Part shown: positions 49,690-61,100 of the stretch, in pieces
Position numbering within the stretch: the first letter of the stretch is position 1
How the letters are laid out: each line of letters starts with the position of its first letter
Assembly (NCBI GenBank): GCA_965235115.1
Contig: OZ249445.1
Location: 18,352,001-18,416,000, forward strand
Origin: Laetmonice hystrix
Lineage: Eukaryota
Direction: 5' to 3'
DNA: 64,000 nucleotides
Notes under the pieces: generated by a model
Databases searched by the model: none
What the model was told of the DNA's origin: nothing
Seen by the model: the letters and a program-made list of their open reading frames with translations, nothing else
Translations under genes and position numbers: made by a program

Positions 49690-52150
49690 GTTGCCCGTAG
49701 ATGACACTGCTCTCGGTCTGGGGGTCAGCCTATAAACCATCCAAGTGGACACCTCTGGGCAGTCAATAAATGATATCTCCTGCACCAATTTGTCTGGCCA
49801 ATATACCTGGCAGGTAGAACCCTGCCCCTCCCTCCTCCTCCTCCCATATATCGGCCGTGTGAGGCGGCCGGGTCGGATGGTACCTGGGGGACATCATGTC
49901 TAGTCGACGTCAGTGTGAGAAAGATGGATGTTGTTTTCGGATGACGTCACACGACGACTGACGATGATTTAGGGGTGGGAGGTCGGAGGCCCGTCCAGCA
50001 TGTTGTAGAGTCTTGATAGCCTATACCGGTGGCCATCCCTGATGGATGACTGAGTGATTGGGGGCACTGTATACCTGCATTCATATGGCACCTTAAAATG
50101 GGGATCCATTCATACTCATGGCAGGCTAACCTAGAACTCCCAGAGCCGTGCTGCAGGAAAACTATTCATATGAATTATAAATACTCTGTCTTCCCTGTGG
50201 TGGGTTTTCAATCTCCAACCTTCATACTTGTGTGTAGATTTGAATGAATGAAGGTTTCCAGTGCTGAAATGTCATGAAAGTTGTCTTATATTCCCACACA
50301 CCTGTCGTCAGTTTATTGTGGGAATGGTGAGCGATTTACCGTTTAGAATTGGTAGAATGATCTGTGCATGTTTTACTCTTAATTAAATCATTACTTGAAC
50401 TCAACCGCACTCGGGCTCGACCCTTAATCTCAGAAACAAATAACTGCTGTGATTTTTCCCATTGAAAACAAAAGCCCATGAGGGAGTAATGAAAATAGTA
50501 AATTCTAGAAGGTGGTGGAAGGAAACCCTTGGGAGATGTCTAATGGAGTCCATTAGAGGGCTGGTCTGGGAGACACGGGAGTCGGAGATCACGGAAACAT
50601 AATGGTGACACATTGAGGAATGTCGGATCGGGTGACACCTGGTGTGACTGTATGGAAACACTTAACAGATCATCTGTCCAGGAGTCAGAGGCAGCAGATT
50701 TCATCACTTTACTGGCCCATTATCTCTCACAACTGCTGCAACTTTATCATGTACCAGTACATAAAATATGGTAACATCAGGTGTGGTGCTTTCAGTGAAT
50801 GTCCTTGTCTTGCAGCGTTTGTCTCGGCCGGAACCGGTGAACATGGACGCTGTATCATTAAAACCTCCGGTTGCAGCCTACATGCATGCTTTAATTTGTA
50901 GCAGATAAATTCCGGGTAAATTAGACATGTTGGAAAGATTCATTCGAACTGTCCCATTATTTTCGAATAGAGCAGTCACAGACAACAAAGAAGTGAGAAA
51001 AAGGCTCTCGTCATATCCTGATACGTATTGGAGGAGTACCAAAAGTGGTCAACACTGTTCAGTGTCGACTCGAGTGAAGGTCTCTATGATCTGGCTGGTT
51101 TGGTCAGTCTGTTTGCGAGTTTTATTTGGTAGGACATCACGCACTGAAAGCACCTCTAGCCTGATTAGCGTGCCTGTAGAGGTTGATAGGAGATCCAGGT
51201 AGAAGAGATCTCCGGATGCAGTACGCGTTACATGATGGAGTAAACATTGAGTTGGCCTGGCTGGGGGCTGGACAGGTTGGCAGGACGGTGAGAGACCCCC
51301 CACCCTGGATCCCAACCGGACGCCTCATTCCTCACCCAACTCCATCCCTCACCTGGCGCTGTGCTGGGAGAAGGAGGCCAGGACGGGGGGAGGACCCCTG
51401 CTAAGGACCCTGACAGATGGCCAAGGAATGTAGAATCGTCGGATTTATAATACGGAAAAACTGAATGACTATAGCAGGATTAGAGTCGGCACTATTTGAA
51501 ACTTGTTCTCGTGTCCCCACAGAGTTACTCGATGTGGTATTATCATTAAACCGACCGACTACAGGTGACTAATCCGAATCAGCCAGTAAGAAATTGATCC
51601 TGTGATGGTGTTTTAGAGAGTAGACGGATTAGGAGAATGTCTCTTACGTCACGGGAAAGGTCCGTATCTTATCTTTAACTTCCCGTGCTAATTATTTTAT
51701 ATCCTGTTTATTTGAATGCCGGATGAAAGAACGAATGTGATAAGTTGGAGTCCACGGCTCGGGGAGGGTCACGTGACGCGTGCTGTCGGTGTGTCTCGGC
51801 GGGGGGTCGGCTCCAGGAAGGCAGCAGACTCCTCCGTCTGAGAGATTACCTACAGGGGGTCGGCTGACCTGGAGAACCGTGCTCACAACTTTCCTCATCA
51901 CTTGCCCCATGGCTGTGGTATTGTGTAAGGGTTTACTGGGAGCGGAGGGGGGGGGGGGTCCGCCAGAGTTTTGGAGGGGCAGGGGGGTTCCTCCATTCCA
52001 CCACCGAGGGGGTCCGGTGGTCTGTATGGATAACGGGCATTTTTGTTGGTAAAACCGATCCCGACTTGTATCGGCCAGCCACGCTGAGGATCTGAGCCAG
52101 GGCGGGCCCCCGTCCACAGGGGGGTAATTGGCTTTTGGCCGCCGGAACTT
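49690..52150 (-). mobile_element. Decayed LINE (EN to RT), antisense in leprecan intron 2
   Basis: HHVTRTASGDLFYLDLLST (about 51220), NLPGIY (like PW), gatgtcccccaggtaccatc (like GVPQGTI, about 49885) and EVSTWMVYRL (about 49740). Confidence 0.6.
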
Positions 52151-52399
52151 GGAGGAGGTTTGGTGGAGGAAGGACACTCGGCAAGTATGTCTGTGGCCGA
52201 GTGGTAGCGATCAGACTGGTGTAGAGGGAGGTGGGAGGACTGTGTCAGAGCGGGGCGGGACCTGACTGGAAGGGCAGGGTGGTGGTGGACGTGACTGGGG
52301 AACAGCTGTGAGCAGGGACCCAGGATGCGGTGGGTGGAGGCAAACTGGGCCAAGGAGGCTGCTAGGGCATGATGGGTATACAGGCGCTGCTCGCCACGT

Positions 52400-54430
52400 C
52401 TACACTTTCTACTCTATCAGGGAACCTCACAGAACTTTGTCAGATCTCTTTCACAGATAAAAGTATCTCAGCCACATCATACTTGATATTTAAAAATGTG
52501 GAGACATTTTCAAGTCGCCTTCTTCTCGCGCAGACTAAAGCTAAAATCTCAGCCATGGAAGCATAGATGTTCTGGCTGCTCTCCTGCCAAGCCTGGTACT
52601 GGTAGACTCGATCAAGCCTAGAGTTTGAACCGAAAGCGGAGGGTGTTGGAGGAGTACAGATCACATAGCTGTTTGTGTACCGAAAACACATGGTTATGTT
52701 GGCAGCCTCCGTATCACTTACGGGGCTATGAAAACAACACATTAGCATCATTTCTCGGCTTGCGTGATGGACCGACGGGGCCGGGATGGGTAGCAGGTCC
52801 CGGTAGTCAGCAAATTACTGCCGCACAAAATAAGCACAACTTCAGAGGTATACAACCGCCCTGGATGGGGTTACAATGCGACCCGGAGATGGATGAACCC
52901 TGACCTGCCGATCTGCAGTCGGGGCGCGGGGAGATTTTTTAAGAGGGAAGGTAGACGTTGGTGGGGAAGACATAAGGCACTCCAGTACCTTGGCCCCTGC
53001 AGCAGGTGCACGCTGGAGAATGGAGGGGGAGGTCGGGAGTTAATGGTGGCTAGAGCATCTTTCCAGGTGTTCTACGACCTGGTTCACGTCTCAACCGTTT
53101 CTCGGCTCTATACAACGGGCTCGCTCCACCAAGAGTCGTCGGTGTGAATCAGTTGTCAGGGGTTTATGTTTGTAGTGAAATTTGGACATAATAGATAAGG
53201 TAAAACTGAAAGAGTCATGTAGTGTTGTATATGTCACTCTTGTAGGGGCCTGTAATTCCTGTGACGCTTTTAAATGTGCATAGTTCATTCCAAGTATATA
53301 CAGGTACTGTCTATTTAATTATATTAATAGCAGTCGTCGGCGGTGATCTACAGTTTCTAAATATAACCTGCATGATTAAATCTTCAGGGGTCAACCAATA
53401 ATGTTAAAATGGGTATTTTATAGGGCCTATAGATATTTTGAAAGAGTGGATAATTTTCGAGATACATCAGTGAGTTTTGCATATTTGAAATGAGAACGTT
53501 GGAAGGTGTTTCACATGGACACATTTTCAACTTATCTAAACCATGTCTACTCATATGTTCACTTAGATAAAGCGTTAGATTGGGAAGATAGACAACCTAA
53601 GCTGTCTTCATAGACCTTTTTTTTTTAGCTCTTATCTCTTCCTAAGGCTTATAACAAAAAGTAAAAGGCTTTCTATAATTACCGAAGGAGGGTTTTTGTT
53701 GGCAGCATAATTAATGAATGTGGGAGATGTGAACCGTACTGGAATGACTTGACATTCACGAGGATTGCGGCTGAGTATATCTGGGCACAGTGATGTAATT
53801 CAGACTACAGGAGAATGGAATCGGTTGATATTTTTATAATCTCCACCTTGGAATATCGTCCCTCGCTCAATTGCTGAGAAATCTCCGACAGTTTTAGTAA
53901 GAAATTGTCAGCCTCCATAACCAGAAATGTTCACCTTTTTGTGCGATTACCAGCCCGAACAAATTCATTGCCAACACGGTTCTGTTTTATTTCAGCGTAA
54001 ATTGTTTGCAGATTGAATTTTGTGTGGTGAATTTGTTGACGATGGTGATAGATGTTTGGTAGCAGTATTTGATGTTGACGCCATGGTTGCCACTGACAGA
54101 GTCTCGAGGGGGTAGTAGTGTACCGCCGCCCATGGTGTGTGATGACAGAGCGGGTATGATGAGGGGCCATACATTACCAGAACAGGTCCCGCCGGTCGGT
54201 CGGCCGGCCAGCCGGCTGCCTACTGCCGCCAGGGGATGCTAACCACCTCCCGGGCCCTATCAGGATAGGCCTGAAGTATGACGGACTCGCCAGACCTTTT
54301 GAACATAGCCAAACCGGGATACAGGCATGTGTCTCCCTGAGGAGAATTAGAAACAGGAACAATAAGTACCTGGGTAGTAAAAGTCGCCATGGTGTTGGGA
54401 CCAAGGGTGTACATCTGGCTTGTCTGACCA
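52400..54430 (-). mobile_element. Decayed LINE (EN end to RT), antisense in leprecan intron 2
   Basis: DRRDLFW (about 54185), DVNQVVEHLE (about 53080) and EILAL...FLNIKYDVAEILLS (like FLDLSKAFDTVDHEILL, 52560-52460). Confidence 0.55.
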
Positions 54431-54599
54431 TGGAGTGTAGGATGTAAATTGTGACGGAGAATAGAGATTGATCTCGTCATATGTTATAGGTCAGTCTGTC
54501 TTCTGGTCAGACATGGTTACATGGTTCTGGCGCTGTGGTACAGAGTGTGGGAACAGATGCTATAGGGTCCGCCTTGTAACACGGATTATAGTACATTAT

Positions 54600-54750
54600 A
54601 GGGTGGTGGTACCTGTGTTAACAGGGCCTGGTACCAGTGGTCACATGGTCTGGTACCCACGGTAACCGGTATCCATGGTAACCGGGCCTGGTAGTACTGG
54701 AGGAAACCATGGAGGATGTATTGGAATCTTTGAAAGTGTTGCCATGGTGA
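54600..54750. repeat. Degenerate minisatellite rich in GGTACC/CCATGG/GGTAACC palindromes
   Basis: GGTACC at 54608, 54630 and 54652 (22-bp period); GGTAACC at 54661 and 54677; CCATGG at 54673, 54707 and 54742. Confidence 0.4.
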
Positions 54751-55856
54751 TAAATGTCAGGAGTTCACCAGAATAATATGTCTTCACCCAAAATCACCCG
54801 GGACAACGTCAGGTCACAGAACAGTGATTTTCTTTATGATCCACCTAGCTTCGTGTATGTTGGATTGCCAGTGTGATTCCCGTTTGATTCACACCATATG
54901 ATAAGGTTCCAACTTGTTACATAAAAACTTATTGCCTTATGATAGGGATCTGTAAATATAGACATTTGTTCTGTGCGATGCCATGCAGACAAGCTGTCCG
55001 CTGTTGTATGGTGATCTTTGTGCCCTGGGTCGCCCCCTCTCTGATAGAAAGACCAGGGACGTCAAAGTCGCTACGGTTTTCAGCTTGTAAGCCTTGGTTG
55101 GGGCTATTTAAATTTTCTTTGTGTTGGCGCCGATTTGATAAAGCTGACATATTGTAGGTATTGTAATTCAAGTGATTTGTTAACTAATTGCTATCATGAA
55201 ATATTATTTTCAATGAGAAAAAGCTTTATATTTATTCAAGCTAACAGCATCAGAGGGATTGAAGCTAGTTGGTGTTCAGTCCCTCAGCCAGAGAGGTGGC
55301 AGTTACCTTGCCCGTAGCAGACGGTGATTTGAGTATGGACGGGTGTACAGGATGGGCGGAGATAGGCACCGATCACGTCAGGCTCGTGGTGAATCAACCC
55401 GCGCCCAGTAATTGGCCGAGTTAGTCTTCCAATAAACAGCCATTTCATGTCGCATCATTTCATTTGTCACATTTTGTTGTCAGAATTTTGATTTCCAGAT
55501 TTATTGGATGAAATTTACTGAAATGATTGCCATAAATAATTACACAAACTCAAGAAATCAGTCCTTATTAATTTTCTATTTTCATACAAAGTGTAGATGA
55601 AGTGGCAGGTATTGAAGGTCCGTTTTCAAGGGAAGAGTAATTTCCAAATAAAAGTGAATTTCATTTGAAAAGATTAACCTTAATTAATCCTTGATTGGTT
55701 TTCATGGTATTTTTGGTTAAAGAACATGGCATGCTTAAAGGCAGTATCCTGGAGTGTGAATGTTTTGTGTAAATGTTGATTGGTCCCTAGGGCGCACCCA
55801 ATAGGACGTCTGGGGTATCAGTAGATGATGAACCTCCTAACCGTACAGATCAAGTT

Positions 55857-56238
55857 GATAGGCGGAACGGGGTGGGGGTGGGGGGGGGGGGGAGGACGCC
55901 AGCCCCCTCCCCCAGGTTTGAACACGGGGGGGGGGGGGGATGTCCCCCAGCCGTGCCTTGTCTTGTTATATAAAACCAAACATGAATGGTAAATATATTG
56001 TAAATCTGTAAGACAAATTATTATTATATTTATTATATTATAAGTATTCCATAAAAATGTCGAGTTAAATTCCTTTGTTTCCTTGCCCAAAACACACCAA
56101 GTGGTGGGAAAAGAAGTTCTTCAGTGTGTGTGTGTGGGTGTGACCCTTCATCCCCCTATGAATGCCTCAGCTTCATTGCGATCACTGCAACTCATCAATT
56201 CCCCCCCCCCCCGTTAAAATTTCCTTCCGTCGCCTATG
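55857..56238. mobile_element. Old MITE with ATAGGCG termini and G/C-run sub-termini
   Basis: 5' end gataggcggaacgggg; 3' end ccttccgtcgcctatg (reverse complement cataggcgacggaagg). Its aaattttaacggggg segment also occurs at about 24429. No TSD retained. Confidence 0.5.
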
Positions 56239-56349
56239 CACTGTCTGCCTCAAATACAGGACTTTGTATTTACGTAAAAGCATGACTGGTCAACACTAAA
56301 CCAGTGTATGGTGTTTGGATCGTAACATGCTGGAAGTTTATCTAATGTG

Positions 56350-58300
56350 CGATTTCCGTGAGTGAGGCTTCGGAGCTGTGAAGGACATGAATGACCTAGA
56401 AATGGAGGTCAGAGGTTAAGAAACAGCCTGATTGTGTGAGTCACATGTTTTATCCGAGAGTTTCCATGAAAAGAATAAGCATCACAGGAGGTGATGCCGT
56501 GCCGCGACGGGGACTCCATCTGGTGGCCAGTGCCGGGTCAGCCAGGGTCAGGGCTGGTCTGATCGCACTGACCCTCGGCCAGGGAGGGCTTTCAACCCCA
56601 CCACCACCTCCACCTCCCGCCGCTGGAGGTCTCAGCAATAGCACAGGACACATGTGCACTCTGTGCGCAATTCCCTGTGTGGATCCTCTGTGCACCTGGA
56701 CCAGCCGTCCACTGCCAGCCACAGGGCGGGGCGGTGGCTGGGTGGACGCCCGCCCGGTAGCCTTGGGGTAATTGGCTTCATTTAGGGTGCGTCAGGATTG
56801 TGGGTGTGTGAGCGGGGGCCAGGGCAGAATGGGGCCTCACACCCGCTCACATTGTCAGGTCCCAGTTCGCAGTCTGACGATTAGCTTCCAAAAGTCCTTA
56901 CCAGTTTATCATTCAACCAGTCAGTGTCTGCACGTCAGTGTCTGACGTGAAGGTCAGCAATTGTTGTCATAAAAACAATGTAGAATACTTTTCGATCATA
57001 CTCTTTTTTTTTTTTGGTGGCAATCACTGTCACACCTAACACTGCTAAAGGCAGCACATCTGCACAACAGTGTTGATCCTTAACCGGTTTGGAAAATTTG
57101 ATATCATTCAAAATTATTATCTTACATAAGTGCATATCGTATGTATGAATGTGTACCAATTATGGAGTTGCTTTCCCTTACGATAACAGAGAGATTCTAA
57201 CAGATTTGATTGGTATGTTTTGGATGGAGAAGTGGAGGTACTGGCAGCCATTGTGTGTGAATATAGTTGTCAAGTGAAGGTAGTTTGTTTGACAGTTTGA
57301 TGTCATCGGTCACCTGAACCAGAAATGTAGACGGTACCGCATGTCGTGAAGAACTTGCTTACACGAAGGAAAAAATCGCCTCGTTTTTTATATTTCCGAT
57401 TTCATTCAGTGTCACAGTCCTGCCTTATACCGGCTTCAAACATATAATAATGTCTTGTGATTCAACAAGGAAAATAGAACATCAGTCCGTCCGTTTTTGT
57501 TGGGGCACATACCAAATACAAGGAATTTGACCCGACCTATCAAATATCAAAGACAACTGTAAAAACTATGGTTTTTCTTTGAGAGTAGAACTTTAGAATG
57601 TTCAGGAATCAGCCAGCACTAGTGGGTGCATGGCAGTTTAATTCATCAGAAAGTAAAAGATCAAAATGTTGATTGAAAGTGAGGTTCTGTACCACAAGGT
57701 GGTGAACTGAGTGAGAGAAGTGATTTACGACATTGTTCTTGTTGCCGTGCTTTATTGTTCCCTGTTCTACAAGGTCCAACAATTCCGCCATTGCATGATC
57801 AGTGGCAGTTGAGGGGAAGGAGAACATTTATGGCTGTCCTTCGCGCCATTGTCGTTGTCAGGGTATTGTCTGTCCAAACCTCTGTAGATTGTCCCACCTG
57901 GGTCCAGTCAGAAATTCCATCTCACGTCTCCCAGGATAAATTACCCCCACAATATTTTATGGTACCATAGAACAGCTGCGACGAACTGTTTATCGCTTTG
58001 CCGGCATGAAATACATCCCGGTAAGGTGCAGGTGTACGACGATTGTAAGGTTGCAAGGTGAGGATTTTATCATTGAAGGAATGGGTGTTGTGATTGTAAC
58101 ACAATAAAATAAGGAACACTCACTGTGGTAAATTGAATATCGTGTCAATGCGCACTGCCTCAAGGCTATTGCCAAAGTTGTATGTCGTCTGTATATGACC
58201 GTAGTGGCCAACCATAAATACATGAGTTGTGGATGAGGTTTAGTGGCCACACGCAGCCAGGATCAAATCAACGGTTCGGATCCATACAGAGATCGGAGGG
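56350..58300 (-). mobile_element. Two LINE fragments (RT at 58300-57600, EN at 56900-56350), antisense
   Basis: PIPSMIK..LTIVVHLHLTG and STATDHAMAELLDLV (like HSTxHAxxELxD); GGGGGGV and FLTSDLH (like xxGDxN). Confidence 0.5.
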
Positions 58301-59195
58301 CGCCAAACTGAGTAATTCGATGGTTTACATTGGTCACTAAACTTCGCGATTAGAGGTTGCCCCACCCGACACTATCTTAGTGTACCTTCATTGATATATT
58401 GGGCCATGTCTGACAAATATGTGCTGGCCAAGACCTCAGCAAATATCAGACTCCCATAGACGAGAGGCTGACAGATTTACCGAGCCACAATAAATCAGAA
58501 GGAACTCATTGAGTGGTGTATCCAAGGTAGAGACCAGAACAGGTCCTGGGTACCCAAAGATCGATTTGTATATCTCAGCCTGAGAAAGCTGACCCGTGAC
58601 GTTTAGCAAGTCTATCGCCTGCCCGTACACCTAGCAGTCTGAGGGTCCGATTTCTTCTCTAAACTAAGATCAACGAGTTGGTAAGATTGAGGACCTGTCT
58701 CTATCGTTACCTTGAGCTGGTGCTAACGGGTCAAGTGGGCCTACCCAACTGTTGTCATGGCTACAGGAGAAAGGATATCCCACCCCCCTCGGCCCGGTTG
58801 TTTTTTACCGTAGTCTGTTAAACCATAACCTCCAAAGTTATAATTATGTACATAATATCATCAAGTGGATGCCTGGGGCTTTCTGCATTTTGGCAGAGTC
58901 CTATTGTAAGCGTATACCTGTACGAGAAAATTGGCATTTTTTATGCTCATCGTTAGATGTTTAGATAAGGAGGTTCCGAAGTGTTCCCATCTGCTTTCAT
59001 TTTCCAGGGGAGCCGAACAGGACTTAAAGTCAGCCAAAATATCTAGGAACCAGTGGCTAGATTTGGCCGTATTTGGCGACCCCCAGGTCACAACTCTGAG
59101 CCCTGCTGACCATGTACTTTTTCCCCTCAACCCTGACTGAGCCTGTGTCAGGAATCGTACCCGTATAGTAAAGTTTCTACCCCTTGTCTCCCCAG

Positions 59196-59367
59196 GTATT
59201 GTACCAGGATGGCGTTCAGGCGTATGCAGATGAAGAGTACATCAAGGTTGTAGACGCCATAGAGGACGCCCTGGTCCACTACTACAGGGACATGGACAAG
59301 TGCAGCGCCCTCTGTGAAGGACCCTTTGACCACGAGAGCCTGCCCGACCAGGTCAATGCCATAGCAG
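59196..59367 (+). CDS. CRTAP/P3H: Leprecan family gene, coding exon 3 (gene continues beyond the window)
   Basis: Acceptor ccccttgtctccccag| and donor GCAG|gttcgt; 172 nt, phase 0/1. Encodes VLYQDGVQAYADEEYIKVVDAIEDALVHYYRDMDKCSALCEGPFDHESLPDQVNAIA, including the CXXXCEG motif. No 2OG-dioxygenase exons were seen in the window, so P3H versus CRTAP/SC65 is unresolved. Confidence 0.92.
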
Positions 59368-59849
59368 GTTCGTGCCTTTCTATCTTTCTATCAGGTACTT
59401 TTTTAATGTCAGACATCAAGGGTTTGGATGTCACACTAGTGATCTTATTGATTCTTTCCTTACTTTAAGTCATTTTAAGTACACATATCCAGACATGAAA
59501 GTAATTTCTATACTTTGAATCCTGGGAGTGCTAATCCTGATGGTAAAGCATGTTTGGGTTCCATGCCGGGTTGTTGGAAGACGTTGAAATATCAATATTC
59601 TCGTCAAAGCTTTTACTTCTTGGAAAGCCAAGAAAAAAAATTGTAACATTTTTAAACGCTGCTATAATTGTATTTCTGCTTTCAAGAAAGTGTATCAACT
59701 GCAGTACTTGGTGTCTGAAGGATATATATCCAGAAGAGTATGTTTTCAGCACCTTTTGCTTCAACAGTGGTTGTTTTTGTAGAGGGCTTTGAACTATAGA
59801 ATGTTAAGATAAAAGATTAAATGTGGTCGGATGGATCCTTGCTAGTTGT

Positions 59850-61100
59850 AATAGGAGTGTCATGTGATGCTCTAGTACAAATGTCTTGTCATGTATAATC
59901 GTCCAGAGAGTGTAATGTTTGAAGTAAAATGTGTCGATTCTTGTAGCTCGGCTTTAAGATGTTTACAGACAAGCAGGGCTTTGAAGATATCGCACCTGTA
60001 AGTTGGTCCCACCACCGGCTGGGGTCGGAGGGGGTAAATCGAGGACAGCAGCTGTGCTGCCCCCTGGCGAGCGTGCGCAATATCAGGAGGGCCGACCATC
60101 AGGTCCCGGATGTACGTTTCCAAAGGAGATGTGTGTTTGTTGGCCTGGCAGGGTGTGCGGCAGATCGGGGGCATATCGACTCAAGGCTGACCATTCCCCG
60201 ACTCTACGACTTCCCAAGCCTGTAGAAAATAGAAGGCATTCTCTGCCTTGACATGTGGGGTGGCCAGCAGCAGGACGAGGACCTAGCCCTGGGGCGATCT
60301 ATGGCCGTAGTTACTGTCTGTAATCTCATCGTGTCACCGTGTTCACTATCTGGCTTGGCAGTGATTTGTGTCCAAAACACAATCTCCCCGGAATCGATGC
60401 AACTTCGGTTCTGTTCTCAATCAATGACAAAATCAGGCGCACATTTTCTAACTAGTCTCGTGCTGTCAGTCAGCTGTGGCAAGGAATGGATGTCTGTAAT
60501 GTGGCACAAAAACAGACAGAAGGCCGCGTGTTTCTCTTAACATGAATGTAATTCGATCTCAATGTATCCTACTAAGACAAAGTGGTAAACTGACACATGT
60601 TTTAGAGTCACTGTCGGACGTTTTGGTGTACAAGTGGACGAGGTTACTTCTCTTTCAATGTAGAAATAATAAAATAGATTGGATAGGGATATGGGCGGAC
60701 TGCTAGGTAATTGGGTGTCGGGTTTACATGTGATGGCATGTATTTTTTGTCAGTCACAGCTGCCGTTACCCAGATTACTCGTGTCTGTCCTCCACAATAC
60801 AGAGTGGGCCAGAAACTGGACGTCAAGTTGTTTTTTTAATCAATCCATTATATGACAGTATGAGTTAGAAGAATAAGATATGATAGGAATATTGCTACAA
60901 CCTCTGGCTGTAGATTTCACGGAGAGGGACTTGAGAATTGTAATCATTTGTCGAGGAGGTTGTGACTGAGGAGGGTTGGTCAGTTGACCGATGGGGTAGT
61001 ACACCACTATCGTCTACCTACGAGAGGTGGTATAGTTGAGAGAATATGAATGAGTTTACCAGCGATCAGGATCAGTCGTAGCGGGGACGGAGAGGGCTAC
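59850..61100 (-). mobile_element. Decayed LINE pre-RT/RT relic, antisense in leprecan intron 3
   Basis: ITILKSLSVKSTARGCSNIP (about 60920), RQGAAQLLSSIY (like PQGSxLxPLLFxIY, about 60050) and LLQTLHSL. Confidence 0.5.
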
